Below the pieces are notes generated by a model. That model saw only the letters and a list, made by a program, of their open reading frames with translations. It ran no database searches and was not told the DNA's origin. The translations under genes were made by a program, and so were the position numbers. A DNA stretch of 64,000 nucleotides from a virus: positions 1 to 64,000 of IMG/VR virus record IMGVR_UViG_3300028831_000585. One strand, given 5' to 3'. Of this stretch, positions 1 to 8,811 are shown in pieces. Numbering within the stretch: position 1 is the stretch's first letter; each line of letters begins with the position of its first letter.

Positions 1-49
1 CGACGATCGGCACCGTCCGCTCGCGCTTCACCACCTCGTTACCTGCCAT
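1..49 (-). CDS. N-terminal fragment of a leftward gene running off the window (MAGNEVVKRERTVPIV...)
   Basis: ATG at 49-47 preceded by a GGAGAGG Shine-Dalgarno; only 16 codons visible. Confidence 0.25.
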   Translation of the reverse strand, partial: MAGNEVVKRERTVPIV

Positions 50-106
50 CGCTCACCCCTCTCCGATGTCATCTTGCTTCCTGATGGTAGACGATGGGCG
101 GACACA

Positions 107-140
107 GAACGACCCCCGGCAGCGGGGCCGGGGGTCGTTC
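107..140 (-). terminator. Stem-loop downstream of the 157-636 gene
   Basis: 14-bp inverted repeat GAACGACCCCCGGC / GCCGGGGGTCGTTC with a 6-nt loop; no clear U-tract. Confidence 0.5.
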
Positions 141-156
141 CTGGAGGGGGTGCGGG

Positions 157-636
157 TCAGATGAAGCGTACCGAACGGACGGCGTTCTCCCAGCTCGTCT
201 GGCCGGAGGTCAGGAAGTAGTCCTCGCCGGTGCTGGAGTAGTAGGTCAGGTAGCTGCTGGTGCAGTTGGCCGTCTTGTAGAGCCGGACGGTCCGGCCCGA
301 GTTGTTCCAGAACGACGACCACTGGTTGGGCAGGGCGACCGCCTCGCAGCCGCCCGCCGTGCTGAACGGGATGACCTCGCACCCGTCGTCGCACAGGTAG
401 TTGAAGGACTCGTAGCCGCACACGCTGGCGTTGTAGCGGCAGTTGGCGGGCGCGGCCAGCGCCTTGGACACGGGAGCCGTCTCTGCCGCCCCGCGCTCGC
501 ACGGCACCTGACACAGCGCGGCGTCCGCCTTGATCGGCACGGTGTCGGCCGAGGCGGGGACTGCGAAGGTCAGGGTGGCGAGCACGGCGGCGGTGATCGC
601 CGCAGCGATCCTCTTGAATGTCATGCCCCCGACCAT
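157..636 (-). CDS. Secreted Cys-rich protein, peptidase-inhibitor I36 / beta-gamma-crystallin-like
   Basis: Signal peptide ending AVPASA, multiple paired Cys, WSSFWNNSGRTVRLY motif; alternative ATG at 624. Confidence 0.7.
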   Translation of the reverse strand: MVGGMTFKRIAAAITAAVLATLTFAVPASADTVPIKADAALCQVPCERGAAETAPVSKALAAPANCRYNASVCGYESFNYLCDDGCEVIPFSTAGGCEAVALPNQWSSFWNNSGRTVRLYKTANCTSSYLTYYSSTGEDYFLTSGQTSWENAVRSVRFI

Positions 637-699
637 AGTGGACGGCCGTGCACACGAAACGGCCCCGCGCGGTGGCGGGGCCGTTCGGGTGGTGAAGGG

Positions 700-918
700 T
701 CAGACGGCGGGGCCGTTCAGCTTGTCGCGGGTGTGAGCGGCCAGATCTTGGATCAGGTCGGCCGTATCGGGCTCGTCCCAGTCCAGCCGCACCGTGCTGT
801 CGTCCACGCAGGTCTCCAGAATCTCGGCCAGCTTCTCGGCCTGCGCGCGGTTGAGGGTGATGACCACGCGGTCGGCCTGCGCGGTGTCCACGGTGAACGT
901 GTCTTTCAGTGCGGTCAT
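700..918 (-). CDS. Hypothetical acidic 72-aa protein
   Basis: ATG at 918 in the C-terminal part of track ORF 700-1431, starting 3 nt after the upstream gene's stop at 921-923; G/C-ending codons. Confidence 0.6.
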   Translation of the reverse strand: MTALKDTFTVDTAQADRVVITLNRAQAEKLAEILETCVDDSTVRLDWDEPDTADLIQDLAAHTRDKLNGPAV

Positions 919-920
919 GA

Positions 921-1331
921 TCAGTTGCTCCCGTTCATCTTCAGGGCGGCGGCGTGGCGGCGGGCCATCTTCGGCCCCTCCACCTTGGCGATCTGGTCGG
1001 CGGCCAGCAGGGCGTCGTCCAGCCGGTAGTAGTAGTCGATGGACCGGACGCCCGAGTTGCGCTGGTGGGCGGGGCGGCCGACGTAGTAGACGGCGGCACC
1101 GGTCAGGTAGGAGTGGCCCAGCCAGACCTGAACGCCCGTGCTCCAGTCGATGAGGACGAACGACGAACTCACGCCGATGCTCAGCACCTCGGCGCCGACG
1201 ATGCCCTCGTGCGCCTCGCGCTCGCAGTAGGCGACCATCTCGGCGCGCTGCTCGGGGCTGGCGAGGTGCATGAAGTCGTACTGCGCGGCGTGACGATCGC
1301 GGTCGGTGCGGGCGAGCATCTTGATCGGCAT
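921..1331 (-). CDS. Hypothetical 136-aa protein (MPIKMLARTD...)
   Basis: In-frame ATG of track ORF 921-1388 preceded by GGAGGA and by a GGGGGTACGGT promoter element. Confidence 0.65.
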   Translation of the reverse strand: MPIKMLARTDRDRHAAQYDFMHLASPEQRAEMVAYCEREAHEGIVGAEVLSIGVSSSFVLIDWSTGVQVWLGHSYLTGAAVYYVGRPAHQRNSGVRSIDYYYRLDDALLAADQIAKVEGPKMARRHAAALKMNGSN

Positions 1332-1359
1332 TGCGTCCTCCGTTGTCGGCGTTGAGACA

Positions 1360-1422
1360 ACCGTACCCCCACCGGCCTTCTGATGCAACAGTGTTGCGCA
1401 GATTGGTTTGTGGGGGTACAGT
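1360..1422. promoter_or_regulatory. Divergent promoter pair sharing a central GCAAC-AGT-GTTGC palindrome
   Basis: Palindrome at 1385-1397. GGGGG-TACGGT reads on the minus strand (1360-1370) and TGGGGG-TACAGT on the plus strand (1411-1422). Each -10 starts 26 bp from the palindrome centre. Confidence 0.65.
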
Positions 1423-1457
1423 TCTCCTCAAGCAAACACCGAGCCGAGGAGACGGCG

Positions 1458-1613
1458 ATGGACACCGAGACCAAGATCCGCACCTGCCGGGACTGCGGCG
1501 GCAGCGGCGAGCAGATCAACCTGAGCGTCCCCGGCGGGCTCGAGGACTGCCGCCAGTGCCACGGGCAGGGCAGCCGACGCGTCCCGATCACCCGCGAGCT
1601 CGTGGCGGTCTGA
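1458..1613 (+). CDS. 51-aa mini-protein with two DnaJ CR-type zinc-finger repeats (CRDCGGSG, CRQCHGQG)
   Basis: ATG preceded by GAGGAG; CxxCxGxG repeated twice. Confidence 0.6.
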   Translation: MDTETKIRTCRDCGGSGEQINLSVPGGLEDCRQCHGQGSRRVPITRELVAV

Positions 1614-1631
1614 ACGCCTGACCCCGAGCAC

Positions 1632-1673
1632 GAAGAAGCCCCACCGCCACGAAGGATGCGGTGGGGCTTCTTG
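1632..1673. terminator. Bidirectional stem-loop between convergent genes
   Basis: GAAGAAGCCCCACCGC / GCGGTGGGGCTTCTT inverted repeat. Confidence 0.65.
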
Positions 1674-1693
1674 CTGCTCAGCCGTTGGCGCGG

Positions 1694-2059
1694 CTACGCG
1701 AGCAGGTATCCGAGCGCGCCGAGCCAGACCAGCCACGCGAGAATCGTCAGCAGGGTGACCACGGCCAGCACACCGAACGGCCGCACCCGACCGGTGCCCT
1801 TCACCGCGAAGACGGTGCCGCCGATCAGCACCGCCAGCAGCACCCACATCACGCTCGGCACGCCACCGTGGCCCGAGCTCGATGCGCCGTCCGCCAGCCA
1901 GTGCCAGCCTCGGTAGGCCCCGTAGCCCAGGCCGCCGATCGCGCCGGCGATCAGGCCGGGCACCAGCAGGCGCCGGTAGATGAAGAAGTTGGCGTTGTCG
2001 TGACCTTTACGCGCCCAGGCCGCCTCCTCGGCGATCCGGACCCCCTCGCTCCAGCGCAT
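1694..2059 (-). CDS. Membrane protein (about 3 TM helices)
   Basis: Track ORF; long hydrophobic stretches; SD GGGAGAG upstream. Confidence 0.7.
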   Translation of the reverse strand: MRWSEGVRIAEEAAWARKGHDNANFFIYRRLLVPGLIAGAIGGLGYGAYRGWHWLADGASSSGHGGVPSVMWVLLAVLIGGTVFAVKGTGRVRPFGVLAVVTLLTILAWLVWLGALGYLLA

Positions 2060-2087
2060 CCCGTCTCTCCCATCTCCCCGATCCCGC

Positions 2088-2122
2088 GCAACAGTGATGC
2101 ACTGTACGGCACCCCGTTGCGC
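2088..2122 (-). promoter_or_regulatory. Variant promoter/operator: a TACAGT -10 flanked by GCAAC and GTTGC half-sites
   Basis: Minus strand reads GCGCAAC-GGGGTGCCG-TACAGT-GCATCACT-GTTGC upstream of the 2059 start. Confidence 0.35.
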
Positions 2123-2134
2123 GGGACCGGTCTG

Positions 2135-2473
2135 TCAGGCGTCAGCCCTGAACGTCCCCGACGGCCGGGCGGCGCTGAGGGCCTGGCTCCGCACCCGGCG
2201 AGCCGTGTCGGCCAGGGCCAGCATCGCCTGCGACGCGCGGTTGAGCGCGCCGGCCGCGTCGTTCATCTCGCCGATGATCTGCTTGGCCAGCCGGGCTGCA
2301 TCGCCCGCGTCCAGCCGTTCCCGGAGCGCGTACTCCAGGCTGCCCTCCAGCTCGGTCGCCACCCGCGCCCAGTTGGTCGCCCCCGCGGACAGCGTCTCGT
2401 GCCCGGCGTTGGTCTCGCTGATCAATTCCAGCATGCCGTTCGGCGGCAGCACGCCGGTGAGTCCGTTGCTCAT
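2135..2473 (-). CDS. Hypothetical helical 112-aa protein
   Basis: Track ORF with a protein-like composition. Confidence 0.6.
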   Translation of the reverse strand: MSNGLTGVLPPNGMLELISETNAGHETLSAGATNWARVATELEGSLEYALRERLDAGDAARLAKQIIGEMNDAAGALNRASQAMLALADTARRVRSQALSAARPSGTFRADA

Positions 2474-2491
2474 TTCTCCCCGATTCCCGCG

Positions 2492-2842
2492 TCAGATCTT
2501 GAAGCTGGTCGTGAGCCCGGCGGCCCGCTCATCCACGTGCTTTCCGTGCGTATTCCGGTGCATCTGGTCGGCGGAAGTCACCAGTTTCAGGAGCTCCGTC
2601 TCCAGCGCGTCGGACATGGCCGCCAGCCGCTCGAGGCGGCGCCGCAACTGGTCCGCAAAGTCGTCGGCCTCGGCGATGCCCACACCGGACGTGGCCCGCA
2701 AAGCGAGCCGCACACTGTCGGCCAGCTTGGGGCCGATCCACCTCAGGTTTTCGGTCGCCGCCTGGGCCGCAACCGCATCTGCGGCGGCCGCCTCCCGCAA
2801 CGCCGGGAACGACCGCACAACACCTTGCGTCAGTTCTCGCAC
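2492..2842 (-). CDS. Hypothetical helical 116-aa protein
   Basis: Track ORF with a protein-like composition. Confidence 0.6.
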   Translation of the reverse strand: MRELTQGVVRSFPALREAAAADAVAAQAATENLRWIGPKLADSVRLALRATSGVGIAEADDFADQLRRRLERLAAMSDALETELLKLVTSADQMHRNTHGKHVDERAAGLTTSFKI

Positions 2843-2852
2843 CGCAAACCTC

Positions 2853-3200
2853 CTACTGGTCCAGGTTGAAGCCCGGCCGCCGGGTGTGCGCGGCCCGGCG
2901 GGTGAACAACTGCTCGAAGGTGACGTACGCCTTCGTGTAGGCCTTGCCGGCCGCCAGGTTGAGCGCGGCGGCGTGCACCAGGTGCCGGGTGACCCGCCGG
3001 GCGTTCAGGTGCAGGTCCACCCGGCCCCACTCGATCCGGGTGCCGGTCGCCCGCGGCAGCGACTGGTTCAGCGCCACCGCGATCACCCGGTCGCCGTCGT
3101 GCATGGCCTCGTGGTGGCTGCGCAGCGCCCGCACCATGGCGTAGAACTCACTCGTGTTCTGGGGGGTCACCAGCATCGGGTGACCGTCGGGGCTGGTCAT
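2853..3200 (-). CDS. Hypothetical 115-aa protein downstream of the clt-like repeats
   Basis: Track ORF; SD AGGAGACGGAAACC upstream of the ATG. Confidence 0.65.
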   Translation of the reverse strand: MTSPDGHPMLVTPQNTSEFYAMVRALRSHHEAMHDGDRVIAVALNQSLPRATGTRIEWGRVDLHLNARRVTRHLVHAAALNLAAGKAYTKAYVTFEQLFTRRAAHTRRPGFNLDQ

Positions 3201-3232
3201 GGTTTCCGTCTCCTAGATCTACACAGCGTTAC

Positions 3233-3361
3233 CGTCAGGAAGTGTCAGGCCTCGCGTCAGGCCCGGTGTCAGAAGGCGTCAGGTGACCTCCTGACGCGTC
3301 AGGCCCCTATAGACGTCCGGAGCGCTGACGCGGCGCCGCGTCAGGCGTCAAAGGTCTGACG
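3233..3361. repeat. clt-like array of about 10 copies of the 7-8-mer (G)CGTCAGG (7 direct, 3 inverted)
   Basis: Copies at about 3233, 3243, 3255, 3267, 3277, 3290(inv), 3297, 3324(inv), 3339, 3346 and 3355(inv), in the 180-bp gap just 3' of the TraB-like gene. Confidence 0.7.
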
Positions 3362-3378
3362 CTTGACACGGCGGGTGA

Positions 3379-5682
3379 TCACCCGTCGACCCGCTTCAGG
3401 CGGTACTTGCCGGCCGTCGCCGGGAAGTCCGGGTGCCGCTCCAGCGACAGCGCCGGTGGTGGCGTCCGCTCCCCGCTGGCCATCTTGGTGAGCTCGCCAG
3501 AGAACCACGGCCGCGACCGGAACGGGTAGCGGGAGTAGATGTCCTCCACCTGGATGATCGCCGTCGACCCGCTCGGGTCGGCCGGGTCGCGGAACGCCGG
3601 GTCGTCCATCAACTGCCGCAGCGCGGCGTGCAGTGCCCGGACCGCCTCGCCGCGGCTGGGCGCCTCGGCCTTGCCCTCGTCGAACGACACCTCCTGGTCC
3701 GCGGTCGGCGGCACCAGCTCCTCGGTGCCGGTCGTCGTGTCGTCCTCGTAGGCCGGACTGGTGGGCACGCCGTCCACCTCGGTCACGTTGCGGACCTCGT
3801 CGTCGAACTCGGCCCCGGCCGCAAGGTCGTCTGCGGTCTCGCCGGGGGCGGGCTCGGTTGCGGTGAAGCCTGCGGTCTGACTTGCGGCCGTCACAAAGTC
3901 GGGGTTGCGGTCGCTTGCGGTCACAGTTGCGGTGCCTCCCTGAAGCAGGTTGCGGAGATGGCCGGTCGCCTCCACAAGCAGATCCCAGCGGTTTCCGGGC
4001 TCGCCCGGCGTACCGGTCGCGTTGGCCGAGCCCCGGTCCAGCCGCGCCATTTCCGGCGCGAATTCGGTCACCCTTTCCTTCATCCTCTGCACCAGATCCT
4101 CGCGATCTTTCCCCGAATTGGTCCGGGCGGCCACGGGAAACAGGCGCTCGTCGATGCCGACGCCGTAGAAGTAGTGATAGCCGGGCTTGCGTTGCTTCCA
4201 CTCCTCCGGGTGTGCGCCGGCCTTCAGCACGCCGTCGGTCAGGGCGAAGCCGGCCGAGTACTCGTCGCCGCAGCCGAACACCCACCAGGTGCCGACATTG
4301 AAGCGCAGGCCGGTCGGCATGCTCTCGGCGCTGGCCCGCTGAAGCGACCAGCCGGGGATCACGCCGGTGGACAGGCCCTTGCTGGCGATGAAGACCGCCT
4401 CGTCCCCGGCCCGCTCCAGAATCGAGTCGGCCTCGGCGACGTGCACGATCAGCGCCGGTATCGGCTCCATCACCTCAAACGTGCCATCGGTCAGCTTGCG
4501 CCGCCGCGGTGCCGAGAAGCAGGTGGGATCCCAGGCCGAGTAGCCGAAGCGGGCGAGCTGTGCCTGCCGGTAGCCGATGATCCGCTTCACCATGGCCAGC
4601 GCGGCCCGGTATTCGCCCACCCCGCCGTCGGTGGCGTCGGAGGCGATCACGGTGGCCTCCACGCCGTCGATGATCGGGGCGACGTCCTGCATGCCTTTCG
4701 CCTGGTTCAGGTAGAGGATCACCACGTCGCGCCGGGTGATGAGCTCGGTCAGCATCTGGTTCTCGCCGGCCGTCTTGCCGGTGCGGGTCATCCCCATCCA
4801 GCCGTAGCCGCTGGGGTTGCGGGTGGTGGGGTCGATCAGGTGGCAGACGACCGGGTGGCCGGTGTCGTAGCGGGCGAAGATCATGGGATCGGCGATCGAG
4901 CCGCCCGGGTGCGACGGCGGGCCGTACGGGGCCAGACCCTTCAGCAGGTCGCGGTGCACGATGGTCATCGTCGACTCGCTCGCGTCCTCCGGGTCCGGGA
5001 CCGCGCGGGACATGCCGGACGGTGCCCGGACGTACGACTCCACGCCCGGCACCGCCGCCTGCACCTTGTCCACCGTCTCGCCGGGCGCGTGCTTGACCGA
5101 GATCTCGGTGCGGTCCAGGTCACCGGTCTCCGGGTCGTGCACCTGCTCCTTGATCTTCAGCTTGAAACCGCCCAGCCCGAGCTTGTCCAGCACGGTCTCC
5201 TTCTCCTCGGCCGTGCCCTCCGACTTGTCGTTGCGGGTGACGCGCAGCCGGGCCAGCGACCAGACGCCGGCCACGTACCAGGCGAACAGCACCCAGCCGA
5301 ACGACCACCAGCGGTGCGGCCCGACACCGATCTCGATCGCGAAGAGGAAGGTCAGCGCCGACGATGAGACGGCGAGATTCCAGCGGATGGTCGGCTTGCG
5401 GTGGTCGGCGAAGTGGTAGGCCATGAAGCCGATGCCGACGGCACCGACCGAGATCAGGCAGGAGACGACGACCAGGGCGGCCGCGCTGCCGGACAGATGC
5501 CAGTGGATCACCCACCAGTCGATGGCCACGCCCTGCACGTACGCGTGGATCAGCCACGAGACGAGCAGACCGGCGAACGGCGACAGGAACAGGCCCAGGA
5601 AGGGCACATGCTGCTTGGTCAGGTCACGCTGCTGCTCGCGGCCCTCGCCGCGGTAGCCGCGCCGTTCAGTTCGTGTCGCCAT
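3379..5682 (-). CDS. traB: FtsK/SpoIIIE-family conjugative DNA translocase, TraB-like, with N-terminal TM helices
   Basis: 767 aa. N-terminal hydrophobic helices, Walker A GMTRTGKT, Walker-B-like ALIVHVAEAD, and an adjacent 8-mer repeat array. Confidence 0.85.
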   Translation of the reverse strand: MATRTERRGYRGEGREQQRDLTKQHVPFLGLFLSPFAGLLVSWLIHAYVQGVAIDWWVIHWHLSGSAAALVVVSCLISVGAVGIGFMAYHFADHRKPTIRWNLAVSSSALTFLFAIEIGVGPHRWWSFGWVLFAWYVAGVWSLARLRVTRNDKSEGTAEEKETVLDKLGLGGFKLKIKEQVHDPETGDLDRTEISVKHAPGETVDKVQAAVPGVESYVRAPSGMSRAVPDPEDASESTMTIVHRDLLKGLAPYGPPSHPGGSIADPMIFARYDTGHPVVCHLIDPTTRNPSGYGWMGMTRTGKTAGENQMLTELITRRDVVILYLNQAKGMQDVAPIIDGVEATVIASDATDGGVGEYRAALAMVKRIIGYRQAQLARFGYSAWDPTCFSAPRRRKLTDGTFEVMEPIPALIVHVAEADSILERAGDEAVFIASKGLSTGVIPGWSLQRASAESMPTGLRFNVGTWWVFGCGDEYSAGFALTDGVLKAGAHPEEWKQRKPGYHYFYGVGIDERLFPVAARTNSGKDREDLVQRMKERVTEFAPEMARLDRGSANATGTPGEPGNRWDLLVEATGHLRNLLQGGTATVTASDRNPDFVTAASQTAGFTATEPAPGETADDLAAGAEFDDEVRNVTEVDGVPTSPAYEDDTTTGTEELVPPTADQEVSFDEGKAEAPSRGEAVRALHAALRQLMDDPAFRDPADPSGSTAIIQVEDIYSRYPFRSRPWFSGELTKMASGERTPPPALSLERHPDFPATAGKYRLKRVDG

Positions 5683-5860
5683 CGTCGCCCCCTCCGGTTG
5701 TCTCGTTGCTCAGGTCTTCGCGCCGGACGCGCCACTCGGATCCGCCTGGCGTCTTCATGGCCGGCAGCTTGCCGGCCGAGATCCAGCGCCGGACGGTGCC
5801 CGGGTCCACCTGGAAGATCGCCGCCACCTCGGGCACCTTCAGCAGGTCGTCGTCGCTCAT
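5666..5860 (-). CDS. Excisionase-family / MerR-like HTH DNA-binding protein
   Basis: VPEVAAIFQVDPGTVRRWISAGKLPAMKTPGG motif. Confidence 0.7.
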   Translation of the reverse strand: MSDDDLLKVPEVAAIFQVDPGTVRRWISAGKLPAMKTPGGSEWRVRREDLSNETTGGGDDGDTN

Positions 5861-6126
5861 CTGTCCCGCCTGGTGCGGATCAGATCCCGCTCGGCCTTGG
5901 AGAGCAGGTCGCCGAGCAGGTCGGCGTCCAGCTCGCTCAGCCGGGCGGTCGCCATGCCGTCCGGCCCGGCGATGGTCAGCAGCACCACGTCGTCTACGGT
6001 GCGCACCCGGACCACCGCGTCGCCGAAGGTCGCGGTCACGTCGACGTTGCCCGGCACCACCGTCTCGGGTGCCGGGCGGTCGTCGCCGTCGTCCAGTGCG
6101 GTCAGAACGTCATCCATGTCCGACAT
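5857..6126 (-). CDS. Hypothetical acidic 89-aa protein
   Basis: Track ORF; ATGA-type overlap with the downstream gene. Confidence 0.6.
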   Translation of the reverse strand: MSDMDDVLTALDDGDDRPAPETVVPGNVDVTATFGDAVVRVRTVDDVVLLTIAGPDGMATARLSELDADLLGDLLSKAERDLIRTRRDR

Positions 6127-6181
6127 TGTTACACGCTGCCTCTCGTCGTAGCGCGTTTGATCACGCTGTCCGTTTCTGCGC

Positions 6182-6901
6182 TCACCGCAGGTACCTGCGG
6201 CGGCGGCGCCGGTGCGGCGTGCGCTTGCCGGTCAGCACGGCGATCGCGCCGTCCAGCCAGATGAAGGCGATCCAGCCCAGGAAGACGCCGACGGCCGGTC
6301 CGGCAATCCACGGCGCGGCCGGCCACGGCAGGTTCATGGCCAGCACCAGCCGCAGCGCCAGCCACGTGAAGGCGGTGCAGAGCACGGCGAAGGAGATCAG
6401 CCGTCGCCGGGCGCGGCGGTGCGCGGCGAGCTGGCGGACCTCGGTCAGGGTGGGCTGCCGGGCGGGCTTCGCCGCCGGGCCCGGACCGGCCTCGTGCTGC
6501 GGCGGCCGGACCGGGCGCGGGCCGTTGTACTTGGGCCGGATCCGGTCGATCCAGAACGCCTCGGCCCTGGCCAGCGCGGCGTCGTTGGCCGCGTCGCCCT
6601 CACCGGTGTCGCGGACGCGCTCGAGAATCCGGTACCCGGCCCGGCCGGCCCGGATCCGGCCTTTCCACGGCGACTTGGCCACCTCGGCCGGGGAGGTGTG
6701 GCCGCCCCGGCCGTGCACCCGCTGGTGCACCGTCTGCGTCGTCTTGCCGACGTAGGGGTGCTCGGAGTCCTGCACCGGGTCGGCGGTGAAGAGCTCGTAG
6801 ACGTAGCCGATGACCGGGCGCCTGCTGGGCAGCGAGTCCATGGGCGCGACCGGCCAGCCACCCGCCGGCATCTGCCCCCGGCCGGGCGTGCTGGCGGTCA
6901 C
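6182..6901 (-). CDS. GIY-YIG nuclease-domain protein with two C-terminal TM helices
   Basis: IGYVYEL...YVGKT...R...AEAFWI...N motifs. The GTG start at 6901 overlaps the upstream stop (GTGA). Hydrophobic C-terminus. Confidence 0.6.
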   Translation of the reverse strand: MTASTPGRGQMPAGGWPVAPMDSLPSRRPVIGYVYELFTADPVQDSEHPYVGKTTQTVHQRVHGRGGHTSPAEVAKSPWKGRIRAGRAGYRILERVRDTGEGDAANDAALARAEAFWIDRIRPKYNGPRPVRPPQHEAGPGPAAKPARQPTLTEVRQLAAHRRARRRLISFAVLCTAFTWLALRLVLAMNLPWPAAPWIAGPAVGVFLGWIAFIWLDGAIAVLTGKRTPHRRRRRRYLR

Positions 6902-7338
6902 GCGTCCACCTCGGCATCCAGGATGCCCAGCGACACGATCAGGTCGGCGAGCGCGATCCGCCGCTCGGGAGTCCACACGAGACCGGGTCCCCGGTAGCCG
7001 TTCTGAAGTGCCACCTTGGCGTCGCTGATCACCGCGTCCACGGCCCGCATGCGCTCGTCGTACTCGTACTGCTCGCGGGTGACGAACCAGTCGTTGTAGT
7101 TGGTGCCGTTGTCGGTGCGCTGCGTGTCACGCCGCATGCGCAGCTCGTAGAAGCTGTTACCGGCCGCGTTGGCGGGCGCGGCGTCGTCGCGGACGGTCAG
7201 CCAGACGCGAGCGGCCTTGACCACGGTGGCGGGCACCGGCTCGGGGCGGGCACCGCGCCCGTGGCTGCTGCGGAACAGCAGCACGGGCGAGCCCTCACCG
7301 AGGTCGGCGGGCAGGGGCGGGCGGGTGTTCATGTCCAT
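6898..7338 (-). CDS. Hypothetical 146-aa protein
   Basis: Track ORF with a protein-like composition. Confidence 0.6.
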   Translation of the reverse strand: MDMNTRPPLPADLGEGSPVLLFRSSHGRGARPEPVPATVVKAARVWLTVRDDAAPANAAGNSFYELRMRRDTQRTDNGTNYNDWFVTREQYEYDERMRAVDAVISDAKVALQNGYRGPGLVWTPERRIALADLIVSLGILDAEVDA

Positions 7339-7341
7339 CGG

Positions 7342-7647
7342 TCACACCTCCGGTGCGGTCGGGTAGGGCAGGCCTTGGGTCGCGTACGTGCCGTCCGGTC
7401 GGGGAAGACCCCACGACCCGCCGCGCTGGAGCAGGTTGACGGCCACCGAGCGCTCCACCGCCTCGGCCCGCAGGCGGGCCACTTCGAGCTCGGCGGCGCG
7501 CAGGCGGGCGAGGATCGGGTGGATCAGTGTGTCGCCGATCGTGCGAGCACCACCGGCCATGTGCACCTGTCGGTCGGTCGCGGGGGCCACGTCGGCGAAG
7601 CGCCGCTGCGGATCCCAGCGGGGGGTGTCCTCGTCGGTCACGGGCAT
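7342..7647 (-). CDS. Hypothetical 101-aa protein (MPVTDEDTPRW...)
   Basis: In-frame ATG overlapping the upstream stop (ATGA). Confidence 0.55.
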   Translation of the reverse strand: MPVTDEDTPRWDPQRRFADVAPATDRQVHMAGGARTIGDTLIHPILARLRAAELEVARLRAEAVERSVAVNLLQRGGSWGLPRPDGTYATQGLPYPTAPEV

Positions 7648-7970
7648 CAGGAACTCCTCCGTTCCATCGCGTCGCGGTGGGCCGAACGGCGCTGTGCGGC
7701 CTGCTCGGCCACGTCCCACTCCTCGTCGGTCTCCGGCTCCACCTCGCCCTTGTGGACCTGCTCCAGCCGCTGAGCGGCGGTGTGCAGGGCGTCCAGCGCG
7801 GCGCGGTGGCGGTCGGCCACGTCGTCGTCGCCGACCGGACCGTCCGCCGTGAGGGCGGCGTAGAAGGTGGCGACGCGGGGGGTCCGGCCTTGGGTGACGG
7901 CCTCCAGATCAACGCTGGCGATCTCGTCCAGAGCCTGCTCGTCGGTCTTGGTGCGGATCATCGTGATCAC
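7647..7970 (-). CDS. Hypothetical acidic 107-aa protein
   Basis: Track ORF. Confidence 0.6.
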   Translation of the reverse strand: MITMIRTKTDEQALDEIASVDLEAVTQGRTPRVATFYAALTADGPVGDDDVADRHRAALDALHTAAQRLEQVHKGEVEPETDEEWDVAEQAAQRRSAHRDAMERRSS

Positions 7971-7989
7971 TCTCTCCGGATACGGCGGT

Positions 7990-8013
7990 GCGCCCCGCCG
8001 AGTGGCGGGGCGC
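7990..8013 (-). terminator. Intra-operon stem-loop
   Basis: GCGCCCCGCC-GAGT-GGCGGGGCGC, a perfect 10-bp stem. Confidence 0.45.
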
Positions 8014-8023
8014 GGTGGGTGGA

Positions 8024-8767
8024 TCAGAAGCCGAGGCGGCGCAGGTCGGCGTTGAGGCGGCGGCCGAGCACGTGCCCCGTGCCGTGGACGAAGGTCTTGC
8101 CCTCGGTGTCGGTGTGCACGGTGGCCTCGGTGATGGCAGCACCCGCCTCGATGGCGGCCTTCAGTCGCTGCGCGTCCCGCATGGTGCGGACGCTCCAGCC
8201 AGCGGCGCGGGGACGGTCGACGCCCTTGTAGATCGGGAAGACGGAGAAGTGGTCGGCGTGCACCACGATGTCCGCGCGGTCCAGAACGGCGGCGTCGCCC
8301 TCCTTCAGCGGGGCGATGCGGTTGGCGATCGCGTCGCGGGTGAAGTCCCGCATGGCCTGCATGTTCTTCTCGGCGATGTCCGTCTGGCCCTGCTTGATCA
8401 GGCCCTTGGTGGCCGCCAGCGTCTTGGTGAGGAAGGCGTCGATCTCGTCGCGCTGCTCGGTGATGCCCGCCTCAATCAGGTCGGTGGTGATCTGCGCCCA
8501 GACGGCGGCAAGTTCGGCGGCGGTGGTGGCCTCGTCGTAGGCGGCGGCGACGATCTCCCGCTCGCGGGTGACGGTGGCGGTGGCGAGGGTGCGCGCCGAG
8601 GCGAGGGTCTCGCGCTCGTCGATCTGGTGCATGCCGCCGTCGATGCGGGGGGCCTGCACGACGTAGACGACGCCGAGGCGGGTGGTCCGCTTGACGATCT
8701 GGACGCCGGTCTCGCTGTTGGTGCGGATGTTCTTGGCGGTGATCGGGAAGGTGATCGAGCGGCCCAT
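8024..8767 (-). CDS. Hypothetical 247-aa protein
   Basis: Track ORF; SD GCAGGAGGA; own promoter motif upstream. Confidence 0.7.
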   Translation of the reverse strand: MGRSITFPITAKNIRTNSETGVQIVKRTTRLGVVYVVQAPRIDGGMHQIDERETLASARTLATATVTREREIVAAAYDEATTAAELAAVWAQITTDLIEAGITEQRDEIDAFLTKTLAATKGLIKQGQTDIAEKNMQAMRDFTRDAIANRIAPLKEGDAAVLDRADIVVHADHFSVFPIYKGVDRPRAAGWSVRTMRDAQRLKAAIEAGAAITEATVHTDTEGKTFVHGTGHVLGRRLNADLRRLGF

Positions 8768-8811
8768 CGTGTCCTCCTGCGTCGTGGCCCTGCGGCCTTG
8801 CTGATACGAGA

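Noticed and set aside
2135-2842. The two helical proteins of about 110 aa as WXG100/ESAT-6-like secretion substrates.
   Set aside because: There is no W-x-G motif at the helix-turn-helix position, and no ESX components are nearby. Size and helicity alone are not enough.
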